From NCBI GenBank assembly GCA_964010765.1, contig CAXGMD010000010.1, positions 1-62,203 on the forward strand: a stretch of DNA of 62,203 bases, in the 5' to 3' direction. The notes beneath the pieces were generated by a model. That model searched no databases. It worked only from the letters and a program-made list of their open reading frames with translations, and was not told the origin of the DNA. Within the stretch, counting starts at the first letter, position 1. Every line of letters starts with the position of its first letter. Source of the DNA: an uncultured bacterium (lineage in GTDB: Bacteria; SAR324; NAC60-12). The translations under genes and the position numbers were made by a program. Below, in pieces: positions 48,696 to 57,260 of the stretch.

Positions 48696-49868
48696 TTAGG
48701 AAGCCTCTCTCAATCTTTTGAGGCCGGCTTCCAAATCGGAACGCAAATCATCAAGGGCTTCCAGCCCGATATGAAGCCGCAAAAGCGGCCCTTCAAAGCG
48801 CCAAGGTGACGCTGTTCTCATTGATTTTGGATTGGTTGGGAGGATTAAGCTCTCAAAACCGCCCCATGAATATCCCAACCCAAAAAGCTCCATTCCATTA
48901 AGCATCTGTTTGATTCCCCTGGGGTCACAAGGGTGTAATTCAACCCCAAATAAACCAGTTGCTCCTAAAAAATCTCTTCGCCAAATCGAGTACCCTGGGT
49001 CACTTGGGAGTGCAGGGTATAGCACCCGCTTGATTTCGGGCTGTTTCTGCAGCCATCCCGTTATCTCCATTGTACTTTGTTGATGCCTGCTTAACCGCAC
49101 GGACATGGTTCTCAAACCACGTTGGGCCAGATAAAGATCATCAGGGCCACTGCATTGCCCGAGTTGCCAAGCTGCATCCTTCAAGATTGGCCAAAATTCA
49201 CGGGTTGTGGTTACCGTTCCAAGACTCACATCTGAATGACCGACAATATACTTTGTTCCAGATTGGATGGAAACGTCTACTCCATGCTGAAAGGCCTTGA
49301 AAAAAAGGGGGGTTCCCCAAGTGTTGTCAATCATCACCACAAGATCGTGTGCGTGAGCAATAGTACTCAGGGTTGGGATATCTTGAACCTCAAAAGTTTG
49401 GGAACCAGGTGATTCCAGGAAAAGTAGTTTTGTGTTTGGCCGAATCAACTCTCTGATTTCGCTTCCAATGCAAGGATCATAGAATGTTGTTTCGACTCCA
49501 AAACGCGCCAAATATTTGTTACAAAAATCTCTGGTTGGGCCATATACACTGTCCACCATTAACAAATGATCCCCGGCATTCAAAAAGGCCAGAAGTGCAT
49601 TGCCAACAGCTGCGATTCCAGAAGGAAAAGTTAGACATGCGAACCCCCCCTCCAATTCAGCGATAGCATCCTCTAGAGCCCACGATGTGGGATTTCCTTT
49701 TCGTCCATAGGAAGTGTGGCGTGCGACCTCGGTGGCTCTTCCACGTTCTTCAAGTTCTTCTATCGTCTCAGAGAGAATGGTAGAGACATGATAAACGGGG
49801 GGATTTACTGCTCCATGGAAAGATTCTGGATGTCTACCTGAGCGAACAACTCGTGTGTCGTCATGCAT
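48696..49868 (-). CDS. metC: Cystathionine beta-lyase
   Basis: VNPPVY, YGRKGNPT, ESPGS, DNTW, SGTKYIVGHSD, GYSWGGFESL, RLHIGLE. Confidence 0.93.
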   Translation of the reverse strand: MHDDTRVVRSGRHPESFHGAVNPPVYHVSTILSETIEELEERGRATEVARHTSYGRKGNPTSWALEDAIAELEGGFACLTFPSGIAAVGNALLAFLNAGDHLLMVDSVYGPTRDFCNKYLARFGVETTFYDPCIGSEIRELIRPNTKLLFLESPGSQTFEVQDIPTLSTIAHAHDLVVMIDNTWGTPLFFKAFQHGVDVSIQSGTKYIVGHSDVSLGTVTTTREFWPILKDAAWQLGQCSGPDDLYLAQRGLRTMSVRLSRHQQSTMEITGWLQKQPEIKRVLYPALPSDPGYSIWRRDFLGATGLFGVELHPCDPRGIKQMLNGMELFGLGYSWGGFESLILPTNPKSMRTASPWRFEGPLLRLHIGLEALDDLRSDLEAGLKRLREAS

Positions 49869-49955
49869 AATTTTTTGAAATTTCTAAATAAAAAATAATC
49901 TTTAAAACTTAGTTTATCATAGTCGGTTCAATGGAGCCACACGCCTTTTTGGGAT

Positions 49956-51182
49956 TCACCTTTTTTTCTTTTCGGAAATAAATTTCTCCAATATTTCTCT
50001 TCCTTCCTTGAATTGTGATTCGTAGATTTCACGTAACTCATCTACCTTGGGTAAACTCCCGAGTCGCTGATGATGAAGGTAAAGGCACATTGTCTTACCT
50101 AAAGCATATGTAGCGGCTGCTGTGTAAAGGGAACTGACAATGGTACCATACACTGGAATGAATTTTATGAGTTCCCTCCCTCCAATATGCAGCATCATAC
50201 CAAGTCCAATGGCACTCAAGAAATCAACAAAACTACGCCAACTCACTTGCTGTCTGTAAATTGAAGCTAACGCTTGGAACATTCTTGCCTGGATCGAAGC
50301 AACCATTGGTAAGGTAACCAGTGGAATTGGAAGTAGTTCAACGCCTCCAGCCAACAAAGAGTGAGCAATGATTTGCGGATGTGCAGATTGGCTGTGAACA
50401 TCTTGTAAAGTGCGATGTAAGGAGGGTGTGCCTTGAATCAGTGCATGCAAACTGGTTGGTAGCAGCATTTCAATTTTTTGCCAAAGTTCCTCCAACCCAT
50501 AATTAGAATCAATGTACCCGTCGTCTGGCAGAGTCAAATCTACAGCTACGAATTCACTTGTCCACTCAGACAATTCTTGTTGCTGAAATTTCAGAGATCT
50601 CATTAGGTTTTGAGGTACAGAACCAGTAGCTTCCTGGTTTCCGTAAGGATATGGAATGATGTGTTCTGTGCTTGGATCAAGATAGCCCTCGTGCAGATTT
50701 GTTTGGACTACCAACACCGGCCAATTTGGTCTCTGTGGGCAAATGATCTTCAGAGCATCCTTTAAGGGTTCCAACGCATGGTCCATCACCTTTACTACCA
50801 CAATTAAAAGGTGTGATCCTTGGAGGAACAGTTGAAGATCTTCCTGAGGGTCATAGCAGATTTCACCTAAGCCACGGGTGTCAAGGAAATGGACAATAGG
50901 GGTTTGTTCACCTGGAAATGAAAAGAGTGAGGAGGTTCTCGTACATGGTTGAAAACCGTTTCCGATCTCTGCTCGAGGGTGACCTGTCAAAGCTTGAATG
51001 ATGGATGTTTTACCAGATTGGGTCTTACCCAGGAGCCAGATGACGGGAACAGGTAGTCGCTCTCGAATGTCTTTTAGACTTTTCCGATAACTCTCATCAT
51101 CTACTGTCGGAAAAAGAATTTTATTTCTGATCCAGTTACGGGCTTGCCGTAGCGAGGAGGCGGATTTGTCCTTAGAGGCCAA
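49956..51182 (-). CDS. Era-like P-loop GTPase with C-terminal DUF697/YcjF-like membrane domain
   Basis: G1 GKTQSGKTS, G2 PCT, G3 DTRG; hydrophobic C-terminal region (PIPLV, KFIPVYG...TYALGK). Confidence 0.75.
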   Translation of the reverse strand: MASKDKSASSLRQARNWIRNKILFPTVDDESYRKSLKDIRERLPVPVIWLLGKTQSGKTSIIQALTGHPRAEIGNGFQPCTRTSSLFSFPGEQTPIVHFLDTRGLGEICYDPQEDLQLFLQGSHLLIVVVKVMDHALEPLKDALKIICPQRPNWPVLVVQTNLHEGYLDPSTEHIIPYPYGNQEATGSVPQNLMRSLKFQQQELSEWTSEFVAVDLTLPDDGYIDSNYGLEELWQKIEMLLPTSLHALIQGTPSLHRTLQDVHSQSAHPQIIAHSLLAGGVELLPIPLVTLPMVASIQARMFQALASIYRQQVSWRSFVDFLSAIGLGMMLHIGGRELIKFIPVYGTIVSSLYTAAATYALGKTMCLYLHHQRLGSLPKVDELREIYESQFKEGREILEKFISEKKKR

Positions 51183-51444
51183 GGAAGGTAGGAAAGTTTG
51201 AAAAAAGTGCGTTCATATACGCTGTTGCTTGAGAAAGCATCCAAGGAAACAGCAGGGCGAAGATCAATAGAAGGGCTGCCATCTTTGGGATGATAGCCAG
51301 TGTTTGCTCCTGAATTTGCGTAACGGCCTGGAAGATGGAAATGATCAAACCTACAACCAGAGCACCCAATAATAAGGGTGCTGAAAGCAAGGCCGTCATT
51401 CGCATTGCTTCGTTCATCAAGGAAACAACCACTGCTTCAGTCAT
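51172..51444 (-). CDS. fliQ: Flagellar export gate protein FliQ
   Basis: GLIISIFQAVTQIQEQTL..IPK, PWML. Confidence 0.95.
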   Translation of the reverse strand: MTEAVVVSLMNEAMRMTALLSAPLLLGALVVGLIISIFQAVTQIQEQTLAIIPKMAALLLIFALLFPWMLSQATAYMNALFSNFPTFLGL

Positions 51445-51453
51445 TATATTTAC

Positions 51454-52221
51454 CTAAATGGGAACAAAGCTTTTGACCATAGAGCCGACTAGTAGATGCC
51501 ATCCATCGACCAAAACAAATAACATCAATTTAAATGGCAATGATATCATGATTGGAGGCAACATCATCATACCCATGGCCATCAGAACGGCGGCAACCAC
51601 CATGTCAATTACCAAAAAGGGTATATATATCACAAACCCAATTTGAAATGCAGTCTTCAATTCACTCAAGACAAATGCAGGAATGACGACCCAAACTGGA
51701 ACATCATCAATAGTTCGAGGCCTAGGAAGATTTGAAATTTTCATGAAGAGAGCGAGATCTTTCTCACGGGTGTACTGCTGCATGAAGCGTTTTACCGGAA
51801 TCGATGTCCTTTCCAGAAAGATTTCCTGAGTAATTCGATTGTCCAAATATGGCTGTAAAGCATTTTCATTAATTTCCTGATAGACGGGCATCATAACAAA
51901 GATTGTCAGGAAGAGAGCCAGCCCAACAACAATTTGGTTTGATGGAGTCTGAGGAGTTCCGAGCGCTTGTCTTAGAAAAGAGAAGACTATGACAAACCGA
52001 GTGAAAGAAGTGGTCATGATTAACAATGCCGGAGCTAATGTCAGCAGAGTAAGTAGAAATACGATCTGCAGGGTCGTGGCTACCTGCGAAGGAGTATCTG
52101 CTTGATCAACACTTATGCTGATTCCGGGGATAGGCGACTGCGCTTGTAAGGTTCCAATTTCGAATAAAAGAAAAGGAATCAGAATGCAGGCCCACATGAA
52201 GTTTCGCTTCAATTGTGTCAA
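51454..52221 (-). CDS. fliP: Flagellar export gate protein FliP
   Basis: Cleavable signal, TSFTR, LRQALG.PQTP.NQ, SELKTAFQIG, MGMMMLPP, LFVLVDGW. Confidence 0.97.
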   Translation of the reverse strand: MTQLKRNFMWACILIPFLLFEIGTLQAQSPIPGISISVDQADTPSQVATTLQIVFLLTLLTLAPALLIMTTSFTRFVIVFSFLRQALGTPQTPSNQIVVGLALFLTIFVMMPVYQEINENALQPYLDNRITQEIFLERTSIPVKRFMQQYTREKDLALFMKISNLPRPRTIDDVPVWVVIPAFVLSELKTAFQIGFVIYIPFLVIDMVVAAVLMAMGMMMLPPIMISLPFKLMLFVLVDGWHLLVGSMVKSFVPI

Positions 52222-52230
52222 AATGAGAAG

Positions 52231-53520
52231 TTATCGAATTGGTTTCAGAGTCTTAAGCCTAGAGGTCAATTTTCCTGCAAAACCCTCAATGGTTGAACCC
52301 TCAAGGTCGACTGTTCTCACCGGGTAACCGGCGTCAATGGGTGCATATACATTCGAACGAACGACTCGCGGATTAGTCCACTCGGCCACCCTTGATTCAG
52401 TTTCAGGAATTTCTTTGGTTTTGGTTACTTCCGTCTTTGTTCCCCAATCTTTGGCGAATTTTTTTCCAGTTTCAGGAATGACCTGTTTTACTTCATTCAA
52501 ATTTGCACGCTGGCGAGCTTTCTCTAAAGTCTTCAAAAAATCTAATCGGGCATAATCAATGTTTACCTGACCTCCATCGAGATCAAGGGCATTTAGATAA
52601 GTTTGGTCTCGCTCATTTTCTAATTTCGCCAGCAGGCTAATACTTTGGGGGGTGACTCCACAAGCAAACAGTTGTTTCCGAATTTCTAATACGACTACTT
52701 TTTGTTTTGGGCCCAAGTGGAAGACAGAAACTTGACGGGTGTTAACTTGGTTTTCCAACATTGGGAATTTTCCTGATAGAAATTTTCCATAGACCCAAGC
52801 CAACCCGTAAATAAGAGCCAAAATTAAGAACAGCGCAATCAACAAGCCAATCAAGGTTGAAGACCAATCCTGATCCGGAATTGCCGATCCTAATTCCATT
52901 TCGGTTGCGACCTGTACGGGGATTTTATCCAACTCTGCAATTTGTTCAGCAGGAGGGTCTGGAGTTGCTCTGCTAAAGGTCGAGGGAAATGGGTCAGCCT
53001 GACGAACTCTTTCACCAACTTCATCTGTAAGGGCTATTGATGGTGCAAGCGTATTTGTCTGAATATTTACTAGATTAAGAAACTGAAGATCCAGAAACAT
53101 CCGGTTCCCCTCACGCCAGACCTCAGGATTCCCCAGGGCCATCCTCGAGCTATTGAATAAAATATCCACTTGGACAAATTCAGCCATGGCTGGTTGTGAG
53201 ACTAATACATTTCGAATCAAAGATTCGTTAGGTGGGGTCAGCTCTTTCCCTAACTCATCGGCCATTTTCGTTCCTACCAAGCGAACTGAAAGGGCTCCTG
53301 GTTCAAAATTCACGATTGGTTCGTCTGGATAGGCCCCATCAAATTGGAGACTGATCTGTTCTGCTTGAGAAAGGGAAGCCAGTTTGATTTCTTGCAGGGT
53401 GTAGGGAGCTGCTTGAAGTTTGGGAAGGATAGTCAGGACGGAAAGAAGTATCCCGAATAAGATGGACCAGATTCGGAAACGATTTGTGATTCTTTTATCA
53501 GAGTGCGGCAAAGCGATCAT
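52231..53520 (-). CDS. fliO: Extended FliO with N-terminal periplasmic domain
   Basis: Signal-like N-terminus, ~190-aa periplasmic region, TM segment, then LGPKQKVVVLE...GVTPQSISLL; position between fliN and fliP; track start 53562. Confidence 0.8.
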   Translation of the reverse strand: MIALPHSDKRITNRFRIWSILFGILLSVLTILPKLQAAPYTLQEIKLASLSQAEQISLQFDGAYPDEPIVNFEPGALSVRLVGTKMADELGKELTPPNESLIRNVLVSQPAMAEFVQVDILFNSSRMALGNPEVWREGNRMFLDLQFLNLVNIQTNTLAPSIALTDEVGERVRQADPFPSTFSRATPDPPAEQIAELDKIPVQVATEMELGSAIPDQDWSSTLIGLLIALFLILALIYGLAWVYGKFLSGKFPMLENQVNTRQVSVFHLGPKQKVVVLEIRKQLFACGVTPQSISLLAKLENERDQTYLNALDLDGGQVNIDYARLDFLKTLEKARQRANLNEVKQVIPETGKKFAKDWGTKTEVTKTKEIPETESRVAEWTNPRVVRSNVYAPIDAGYPVRTVDLEGSTIEGFAGKLTSRLKTLKPIR

Positions 53521-53914
53521 CCGGGCTAATAATGTCAGTAATTCGGACAGCAAACTTGTCATTTATTACGACAATTTCCCCACGAGCAACAAGTTTTTCA
53601 TTCACTCTGATATCAAGCGGTTCTCCAATAGCACTTTGCAGTTCTACAATTGAGCCTTGATCCAACTCCAGAAGATCTTCAATTCGAATTTGGGAACGAC
53701 CCACCTCAACTTGAATGTTCAGCTGCACATCCAAGAGGAAGTCAATGTCTAACTCCGAGGCTACATGTCCTGGACCTACTGGAGCAGGACTGTCAGAGTC
53801 GGAAGGTGCCTCTATGTTTTGTGCCTCCGCTAAAATTGCGTCGCGATTGGCTTCCAACTCACCTTCGACATCTGCCCAATCTAAATCATCTAGATTTTCA
53901 AAATCACTCGCCAT
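53498..53914 (-). CDS. fliN: Flagellar motor switch protein FliN
   Basis: IDFLLDVQL..VEVGR, GSIVEL, GEPLD, ARGEIVVINDKFAVRITDI. Confidence 0.95.
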   Translation of the reverse strand: MASDFENLDDLDWADVEGELEANRDAILAEAQNIEAPSDSDSPAPVGPGHVASELDIDFLLDVQLNIQVEVGRSQIRIEDLLELDQGSIVELQSAIGEPLDIRVNEKLVARGEIVVINDKFAVRITDIISPDDRFAAL

Positions 53915-53970
53915 GAATCCTTTTTCAAGATGCTCCCTTGGTGCATCTTTAATCTACAAAATTTGAAAAA

Positions 53971-54423
53971 TTATTGTTTGTAGAACTCTGTGAACAAAAT
54001 TCTTTTCACCGGGTCTAAATCTTCCCAAGGGGGTTCATTCGGAAAGAGAGAATTGAGTCTAATCATCAGATCATTTTTTAGTATCTGTCGATACCTTAAG
54101 TCTTCTAATTGCTCAACTGAGACACTTTGCAAGTGACGAATGATCATGTCTTTCACCAGCGGTGTGCGAGCAGTCATCCAATCCATTGGCCCGGAATCTG
54201 TGAACGCAAGGGACATCGATGTTTTAAGATAGTATTTGCCATCTGGCATGTTAACGACAAATGTACCAAGACTCATATAAGTCGGATCTTCAAGAGGGGG
54301 AGGCCCCTCTCTCAAAACCTTCTGGGGTGCTTCCGTCTCATCTTCACTTTGGCAACCGCTTGGAAATAAAGCGATTGTTGCCAACAATAAGACAGGCAGC
54401 GAGGAAAGTCGAAGAAATCTCAT
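53971..54423 (-). CDS. fliL: FliL family protein (lipoprotein-like N-terminus)
   Basis: FVVNM, YLK, VKD, ILFTEF..Q; possible lipobox PSGC. Confidence 0.8.
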   Translation of the reverse strand: MRFLRLSSLPVLLLATIALFPSGCQSEDETEAPQKVLREGPPPLEDPTYMSLGTFVVNMPDGKYYLKTSMSLAFTDSGPMDWMTARTPLVKDMIIRHLQSVSVEQLEDLRYRQILKNDLMIRLNSLFPNEPPWEDLDPVKRILFTEFYKQ

Positions 54424-54445
54424 TAGCGCTCAGAGTCTTCATGGA

Positions 54446-54934
54446 TCACTGAATGACAAACTCCTCAAAGAGCACCTTACGGATCGGTTCAGGATCCTCC
54501 CACTCAGGTTTGGTTGGGAAAAGTCCACTAATCACATTAATCAAACGCAATTTCAGCGATTCTCTTGCCTCTGATTGTGCTACATCTTCTGCGGATAGTG
54601 TCTGCATTTCTGAAAGTACAGCATCCTTAACTTCTACCATCCTTCCCTGAAGGTAAGCCATTGCAGCAGGATCACTCATCATTAATTGGATTGTTGCCTT
54701 CAAATAGCGTCTTCCATCCTTCAGATTCACAACGTAACTTTCTAAGGGTAGAAAGAGTGGAACTTCTAGTGGTTCAACTGTTTCTGTTACTGGTAACTCT
54801 TCTTCGGGAATTTCTCCTTCTTCCTCTTCCCCGCCAGAGAGCAGGAAAAAGGCTACAGCACCAATCACAATCAGCAGTACGACTGCAACGATGATCAGAA
54901 TTAATTTTTTCTTGCCGCCGCCTTCTTCAGCCAT
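54446..54934 (-). CDS. fliL: Flagellar basal body protein FliL
   Basis: KKK plus N-terminal TM, YVVNLKDGRRYLK, VKDAV, VLFEEFVIQ; RBS AGGAG. Confidence 0.9.
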   Translation of the reverse strand: MAEEGGGKKKLILIIVAVVLLIVIGAVAFFLLSGGEEEEGEIPEEELPVTETVEPLEVPLFLPLESYVVNLKDGRRYLKATIQLMMSDPAAMAYLQGRMVEVKDAVLSEMQTLSAEDVAQSEARESLKLRLINVISGLFPTKPEWEDPEPIRKVLFEEFVIQ

Positions 54935-55014
54935 GTCCTAGCTCCTGCAGAGTAATGAGTGCGCAATTGCAGAGAAATCTGCGAAAAAATGGGATTTTTT
55001 CCGCAAATGCAAGG

Positions 55015-55031
55015 TGCATGCAGTCTGCCAG
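55015..55031 (-). promoter_or_regulatory. Candidate sigma54 (-24/-12) promoter for the fliL operon
   Basis: Minus strand CTGGCAGACTGCATGCA = TGGCA with GG-N10-GC spacing, about 80 nt upstream of fliL. Confidence 0.5.
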
Positions 55032-55087
55032 TAAACAGAATATACATCGCTGTGGTTCATGAACTTCATTAAAAAAGATTATGGGAC

Positions 55088-55861
55088 CTAGTTTGCAGCT
55101 ACAATCCAGAACTTAGGCGCCCCCTGATAATACAAGGATGGGTACTTTTCTTTGGCGACCTGAAGCATAGCAAGAAACTTTGGGACATAATTTTGTGGTT
55201 CTTCACGAAGTTTAAGATCCCAATAATTATCTTTACCTTGCTGGTTCATAGCTTTGGCAAGGTAATTCGGCCCGCCATTATAGGCTGCCAGGGCCAGAGC
55301 CCAGTCGTAATCGAAACGCTTACCAAGACGATCAAAATATTCAGCGGCCGCAAGGGTGGATTTTTTCCAATCATACCGGTCATCAACCAAGACACCCTCA
55401 TCTAAATTAAATTCCTTGGCAGTAATATCATTGAATTGCCACATTCCTAAGGCACCAGTCCTTGATTTGGCTTTCGCATCAAAACATGATTCGACCATAG
55501 GGAGATGAGCTAATTCTGGAGGTAATCGGCGGTCATAAAAAACTCGATGAATGTATTTCAAGTATCCATTTTGTTTTGAACGCTGCAGGCAGGTTTCTAC
55601 TGTTTTGGTTTTGCTATACCGCTTGACGTATGAATTGACGCGAGCATTGCTGAGGTTCCACATCTCAGGACGTTTGTCCTTTATGCCATATGATTGAGGT
55701 TCATAAGGTTTTGAACTAAAGGGAATACTGCTTCTAGGGCTTTTCCTCACAGTACTGCAGGAAGCCAACATCAGGCAGACAACAAGTAGGCTGACAGTTA
55801 ATTTAAATATTGAATTATTTTTTACTTTTGGAGGGAAGACCGTAAGGACTGAATCCATCAA
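55088..55861 (-). CDS. Lytic transglycosylase (MltD-like SLT domain, no LysM), probable lipoprotein
   Basis: Lipobox LASC, catalytic VES, GALGMWQF, LALAAYNGG, YVPKF. Confidence 0.9.
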   Translation of the reverse strand: MMDSVLTVFPPKVKNNSIFKLTVSLLVVCLMLASCSTVRKSPRSSIPFSSKPYEPQSYGIKDKRPEMWNLSNARVNSYVKRYSKTKTVETCLQRSKQNGYLKYIHRVFYDRRLPPELAHLPMVESCFDAKAKSRTGALGMWQFNDITAKEFNLDEGVLVDDRYDWKKSTLAAAEYFDRLGKRFDYDWALALAAYNGGPNYLAKAMNQQGKDNYWDLKLREEPQNYVPKFLAMLQVAKEKYPSLYYQGAPKFWIVAAN

Positions 55862-56085
55862 TTTGCTCCAGTTTAGAATCCATTCTATGGAGTGTTGGTG
55901 AGTGCTGTAACTGTCGTTACAACAAAAAATTTTAAGTTTAGAGGTTCTTTTGGAACAAGTATGTAAATAATTGATTCCAAATAAACTTTACCCTGAAAAC
56001 AGAACATGTTTGAACAAAATGCAGCAACCACACCACCTATGCTTAAGGTCAGTCCAAGATACTACAGGCCGATTTCTATCAGAAA

Positions 56086-56949
56086 TTAATTTTGTTGAGA
56101 GAAATAATTATGGGAATTCAGCATCTTGCAGGGAATTAAAGTGTAGTCTTTTAGTTCCTGGAGCTGGATCATTGCAAAATTTCGTTCCAGAGAACCATCA
56201 AAAAGTCCAAACACTGTGGAACCACTTCCGGAAACAGAAGCAGCAAGGGCACCAAACTCTAAAAGTAATTCACAAATCTGATTTAACTCAGGATAGCTGG
56301 AAAAAAGTGATTCGTGGAACTGATTTTCGATCTCTGAGGCTAATTCTGTGAGAGTAGTTGGTGAAGCACTGGGGCGGTACATTTTCGGTTTGCAGTCACT
56401 GTAGGCTTTCGCTGTGGATATGCTAAACGTCGGAATAACGAGAAGAATCTCTCCCAAAGGATAATTTTGAAAAGATCTTAAAACGTTTCCTCGACCGGTT
56501 GCCAAGGTTGGTCTTGGATTCAGAAAAAATGGGACATCCGAACCCAATTGCTCACCAAGTTCCTCCAGTTCTTTTTCAGCGAGAGGCTCATCATACCAGC
56601 GGTTAAGGGCAAGCAATGTAGCTGCAGCATTGCCACTGCCACCACCAAGTCCTCCCCCGGTAGGAATTCTTTTTTGAAGGTGAATGATGAGGCGCACTGT
56701 TCTCCCTGAAGCTTCTTCAAATAGCTTTAGTGCTCGCCAGACTAGATTCTCAGGCCCTTCAAGTTCTCGAAGATTGCAGCGAAAACTGAAGTGCTTCATT
56801 GAATGCTCTTGCAGAGTCAATTCATCAAAAAAACTAATAGGAACCATGTGGGTGAAGATTTCATGGAATCCATCATCACGTTTACTGAGAATTTGTAAGA
56901 TAGTGTTGATCTTGGCTGGTGTGAACAATCGCATTGGTTTTAATTGCAT
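56086..56949 (-). CDS. ispE: 4-diphosphocytidyl-2-C-methyl-D-erythritol kinase
   Basis: PAKIN, RDDGFHE, KRIP.GGGLGGGS.NAA, LGSDVPFF, SGSGSTVF. Confidence 0.96.
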   Translation of the reverse strand: MQLKPMRLFTPAKINTILQILSKRDDGFHEIFTHMVPISFFDELTLQEHSMKHFSFRCNLRELEGPENLVWRALKLFEEASGRTVRLIIHLQKRIPTGGGLGGGSGNAAATLLALNRWYDEPLAEKELEELGEQLGSDVPFFLNPRPTLATGRGNVLRSFQNYPLGEILLVIPTFSISTAKAYSDCKPKMYRPSASPTTLTELASEIENQFHESLFSSYPELNQICELLLEFGALAASVSGSGSTVFGLFDGSLERNFAMIQLQELKDYTLIPCKMLNSHNYFSQQN

Positions 56950-57260
56950 TCCACGATCAACTCACCAGGATTAGCAAAGGGATCTGTTCTTAGCAGATTG
57001 TAACTAGGTCCGCAAATTAACTCAGCTTTGCGATAGCAGTAGTTTGGATGATTGGGACAACTCAAATGGTACTGCCGAACTTGTCGTGGGGTTTCGACCA
57101 GCTCTTGTGGAAGGGGCTGACATTCAATTTGGAAGGTTTGATAAAGAGGCAGTGGGCTCCAACGCGGCTCTCGCTCGCATCTTGTTAAAAGTGGTTCTGA
57201 TGGCAAGCTGGTTTGACAGGCAGCCAACATCAGAAAAGCACTGTAGCAAAATTTCGTCAT
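56940..57260 (-). CDS. Small Cys-rich hypothetical lipoprotein
   Basis: Lipobox LAAC; overlaps both waaA and ispE, consistent with coupled translation. Confidence 0.6.
   Translation of the reverse strand: MTKFCYSAFLMLAACQTSLPSEPLLTRCEREPRWSPLPLYQTFQIECQPLPQELVETPRQVRQYHLSCPNHPNYCYRKAELICGPSYNLLRTDPFANPGELIVECN

Noticed and set aside
51172..54934. Injectisome (non-flagellar T3SS)
   Set aside because: FliL, FliO and signal-bearing FliP are flagellum-specific
55862..56085. tRNA-Gln or another ncRNA downstream of ispE (a common arrangement)
   Set aside because: No cloverleaf or T-loop motif found on either strand
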